In this document: piece by piece, positions 57,749-64,000 of the stretch | How positions within the stretch are numbered: the stretch's first letter is position 1 | Layout of the letters: the number at the start of each line of letters is the position of its first letter | Assembly (NCBI GenBank): GCA_963837955.1 | Contig: CAWIPH010000001.1 | Coordinates: forward strand, 352,001 to 416,000 | DNA from: an uncultured Verrucomicrobiae bacterium | Lineage (GTDB): Bacteria > Verrucomicrobiota > Verrucomicrobiia > Chthoniobacterales > JAFAMB01 | DNA length: 64,000 nucleotides | Reading direction: 5' to 3' | Program-made: the position numbers and the translations under genes | Notes under the pieces: generated by a model | What the model was told of the DNA's origin: nothing | Database searches by the model: none | Seen by the model: the letters and a program-made list of their open reading frames with translations, nothing else

Positions 57749-58303
57749 ATGAAACTCGTCATTGCCGCAACGGGCGCGAGCGGAGCGATCTATCTGCAGC
57801 GTCTTCTTCACCAAATCGACTGCGAGAAGAACGAAGTGCATTTGGTTCTCAGTGCCTATGCCAAACAGGTGGTAAGCGACGAGATCGGCAAACTGCAGGT
57901 TCCTGTAGGCGTTCACGAGCATAACGAGCGTAGTATGAACGTGCCGTTCGCGAGCGGCTCCACTTTATTCGACGCAATGGTGGTTGTGCCCTGCTCAATG
58001 GGTACGCTGGGTCGAATCGTTGCCGGTACAAGCGAAACCCTGATTCTCCGATCGGCTGACGTCTTTCTGAAGGAGAAACGGAAGCTGGTTTTAGTCTTGA
58101 GGGAAACCCCATGGAATCTCATTCACGCGAGAAACTGTTGTCGGGCGGTTGAAGCCGGCGCCGTGGTCTTGCCGGCAATGCCAGCATTCTACAGTCGTCC
58201 GGGAACCATTGAAGACCTGGTCGACACGGTTGTGCATCGTATCCTTGACCAGATCGGTTTGCCTTGTGCCAAGACCTATCGCTGGTTCGAGAATCTTGAA
58301 TGA
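57749..58303 (+). CDS. ubiX: Flavin prenyltransferase UbiX
   Basis: TGASG, ASGS, PCSMGTL, LKEKRKLVL.RETP and PAFY. Confidence 0.95.
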   Translation: MKLVIAATGASGAIYLQRLLHQIDCEKNEVHLVLSAYAKQVVSDEIGKLQVPVGVHEHNERSMNVPFASGSTLFDAMVVVPCSMGTLGRIVAGTSETLILRSADVFLKEKRKLVLVLRETPWNLIHARNCCRAVEAGAVVLPAMPAFYSRPGTIEDLVDTVVHRILDQIGLPCAKTYRWFENLE

Positions 58304-58537
58304 TCCCAGTTTGCAGGTCTTCTGGCTCACTTGCCGCGCTGCTCTGCGTCGACGCACAGACTGGGGTGGCAGCCATTTGTCATTTCGGCAATCGATATGA
58401 CATCTTTCGATATGGTGCCGGCAAACAGCGATGCGAGTAATAGGCCCAGGTATTCAGCATTTTGTGGCGGACCGCGACCTCCGGCCTTTAGCTTGTAAGC
58501 ACCGACCTGCAACTTAGCCCCAGCCGTGAACCGAGAC

Positions 58538-59569
58538 ATGTCAACGGCCGATTACGAATCCGACCGCGCACCTTCCGCGGGGCCGATCGATATCCACGTT
58601 CATCTCCTTGGTAATGGTTTGGATGGATCTGGTTGCAGGGCGCGACCTGCTTGGTGGCAAGCGCCGTTCGTCCAAGCGATGGCACATGGTATTGGACTGA
58701 AGATGGATCCCCGAAGCCCCGACCTGGACGAGGCGTACGCGCGTCATCTCATCCGATGGCTAGATACCTCTTCGCTAGCAGGAGTCGTGGCACTCGCTTG
58801 CGACGATGTCCATGAGGAGGACGGGACAGCCCGTCCCGATCTTTCTCGGCTCTACGTGCCGAACGATTGGGTCTTCCGGGTGTCAAAACTGGATTCCCGA
58901 GTGCTTCCCGGGATATCGATTCACCCGGCTCGGAAGGATGCCCTTGAGGCTTTGGAGGCCGGGGTCGAAGCAGGTGCTGTATTGTTAAAGCTCTTGCCCT
59001 GCGTCCAGATCGTCGATCCCTCTCTACCAAAGTATAGAAACTTTTGGGTGAGGATGGCCGAGCTCGACTTGCCTTTGCTGGCCCATACCGGGGGTGAATT
59101 CTCGCTCCCAACCTACCGTCCCGACCTAAGAGATCCGAATTGTCTGCGGTTGCCGCTTCAGGTCGGTGTAAAGGTCATCGCGGCTCACTGCGGTGCCCCG
59201 GCATTGCCTTGGGAGAGAGACTATTCTCCGCAGTTCCTCGAGCTTCGACGGCAGTACCCGAATCTGTACGGAGACATCTCGGCGTTATCTCAGCCGTCCC
59301 ATCTCAAAACGCTGGCCCGACTCCTAGAAAATCCGGAGCGGATTCTCTATGGGAGCGATTATCCGGTGATAACGTCCGTGATATGGTCACGGGTGGCCCG
59401 GTGGGTCTCGGAAGGGGAATGCCGCCGGATTCGCCAAATCAGGAACCCGCTGGAGCGAAAACTGCAGCTTACCAGGGCCCAAGGATTTCCGGACACAGTC
59501 TTCAGCCAGGTCCGAACGGTGCTCCGGATGCCGCGGCAGGGCTCGCGCCTTCTAGATTCAAGCTCCTAG
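58538..59569 (+). CDS. Amidohydrolase family (Amidohydro_2) protein
   Basis: DIHVH, SIHP, HTGGE, AAHCG and YGSDYP. Confidence 0.88.
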   Translation: MSTADYESDRAPSAGPIDIHVHLLGNGLDGSGCRARPAWWQAPFVQAMAHGIGLKMDPRSPDLDEAYARHLIRWLDTSSLAGVVALACDDVHEEDGTARPDLSRLYVPNDWVFRVSKLDSRVLPGISIHPARKDALEALEAGVEAGAVLLKLLPCVQIVDPSLPKYRNFWVRMAELDLPLLAHTGGEFSLPTYRPDLRDPNCLRLPLQVGVKVIAAHCGAPALPWERDYSPQFLELRRQYPNLYGDISALSQPSHLKTLARLLENPERILYGSDYPVITSVIWSRVARWVSEGECRRIRQIRNPLERKLQLTRAQGFPDTVFSQVRTVLRMPRQGSRLLDSSS

Positions 59570-59624
59570 ATTGTTGCCTGGTGCCGGCCGACCGGCCGGA
59601 ACTCAAAATTTCTTAGAAACTCGT

Positions 59625-59938
59625 TTGACGCCGAGGCTACCCCTGCTAGCTTGTCGGCCCCGAGGATTTGGAGGTAGGCAAAGGGCGGGGAAAATTGGAA
59701 AGAGATTTTCAAATTTCTCCCTTGCAGCGATCTGAATGATCGCTACGGTTGCCGGCCCAAGTCGTACGGGTTCTTCTGAGAACGTCACGCAATTTTTGCA
59801 AAAATCGCGTTGACCAACTCAGAAGAGAAGGTACAGTGTATTTCTCCCTTGAAAGAGGGAGGAGCTCGCAAGGCCGAGCGTGTTCTTACAGTTTTAGGGA
59901 CTTCAAATTGACTCAATTTTGTCCCGGTTGAATAGAAT
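59625..59938 (+). promoter_or_regulatory. Tandem sigma70-like rRNA promoters
   Basis: TTGACG-N16-TAGCTT (59625), TTGCAG-N16-TACGGT (59722), TTGACC-N16-TACAGT (59810), TTGACT-N19-TAGAAT (59908). Confidence 0.55.
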
Positions 59939-60233
59939 GGGAGTAACATCCTGATTTACCCTGTTTGGCCGGAGGCGGATTGAGTTTTTTTGTCGCCCAA
60001 AACCAGTGAGAACCAAGTTCATTGATAGTTTGGTTCTGAGTTTTAAAGCACTCAGAATGGTGATAGTCAGCGAAGACTGTGTTGTGCGTTATACGTCAAC
60101 ACTTTTTGGTTTTAATATTTTTAATGACCGACACAACCTTACGCTCTCGGATGCAAATCCGAGAGAGTGTTAAGATATGGATGGTCAGAATCTCCGGCAA
60201 CAGCCGGACAGATACTCTCGTTAGAGAAAGTTT

Positions 60234-61762
<1,529 letters not shown>

Positions 61763-62046
61763 CACTCCTTTCCGCCTTCGGGCGGAATAGAGAGGTCGAC
61801 AGCTGCCCCAATCTCCGGTTGTTTACGGAAATTGGAATGCTGTAAGCCCTGCAGAACGAAAGTGAAAGCAGGCCTGAAAAGGTTGATACGGTAACGCACA
61901 ACTCAGTTTTTGCTGAATATCGCGAAGAGCCCGAAGGCAGCGAACGCCAGCGAGCGTCGATGAACATCAACGAACGCCAGCACCGATTTAGCGGTGCTCA
62001 TGTTCGATGTCGTTCGTTGACGGCGCTGACGATCGTTTGATTCTTC

Positions 62047-62119
62047 GGGGGCATAGCTCAGTTGGTAGAGCGGTAGCTTTGCAAGCTATAGGTCAGGGGT
62101 TCGAATCCCCTTGCCTCCA
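62047..62119 (+). tRNA. tRNA-Ala(UGC); CCA not encoded
   Basis: Cloverleaf with G3:U70, anticodon loop TTTGCAA and GTTCGAA T-loop. Confidence 0.95.
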
Positions 62120-62220
62120 GTTGCTAGAGCGAACGCCAGTGAACAGCAATGAATAACAACGAACGTCAGCGGAAGTTGACGGCGTTGACGTTCGCTGTCG
62201 TTCGTTGACGGCGCTGATTT

Positions 62221-62297
62221 GGGCCTGTAGCTCAGTTGGTTAGAGCATGCGCTTGATAAGCGCAGGGTCACTGGTTCGAGCCCAGTCAGGCCCACCA
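62221..62297 (+). tRNA. tRNA-Ile(GAU)
   Basis: Cloverleaf, anticodon loop TTGATAA, ends ACCA. Confidence 0.96.
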
Positions 62298-62574
62298 AAT
62301 GCACGGCAGGGATGAGCTCCCGTCCGCAATTTCGCGACAGCAAGAAACACACCATTTTGAATGCTTGGTTTAAGCCTGAAAACTCGGACTAAGCTACTGC
62401 CGGTCTGGCAAAAGCCGTTCCGGAGAGTTCTTTGACATCTGCATATAGGGTAGAAAAATAAATTACAACTTTAGTGAGTAAATGGCGCTGAGTCTGGAGT
62501 TTAATCGGTAGGGACGAGTTTAGGCTCGTATACTACCAAGAGAGCTTCAGTTATCACGACAGACAGATCTAACA

Positions 62575-64000
<1,426 letters not shown>

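Overview
A 64-kb bacterial chromosomal segment, most likely Verrucomicrobiota (judged from 16S signatures such as AGAGTTTGATTCTGGCTCAG, an Ala-Ile tRNA spacer and the gene content; not confirmed by a search). It is mostly housekeeping and metabolic: a MarR-RND efflux operon, mnmG, the pdhABC-lpdA cluster, a CusRS-like two-component system, dgt, a GldAFG-like ABC system, miaB, argH-NUDIX-tatC, hom-thrC-lysC, a polyol ABC/dehydrogenase cluster, a NagB fusion, a class D beta-lactamase, thiM, xylB, ubiX, and an rRNA operon running off the right end. No CRISPR array, prophage or transposase was seen. The most notable signals are: (1) origin-region signatures, namely two parS sites (one inside mnmG, one in a segment flanked by ~230-bp inverted repeats) and a candidate oriC at ~16.7-17.1 kb with no dnaA in the window; (2) a family of GTAG-REP doublets with fixed stem bases and highly variable, covarying inner arms, plus a 4-unit BIME-like array; (3) a three-gene exported cell-wall-hydrolase-like module at 38.7-40.5 kb; (4) a synonymously diverged N-terminal peptide duplication in a polyol dehydrogenase; and (5) several 7-, 9- and 10-mer repeat arrays. 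All calls were made by eye, without database searches.
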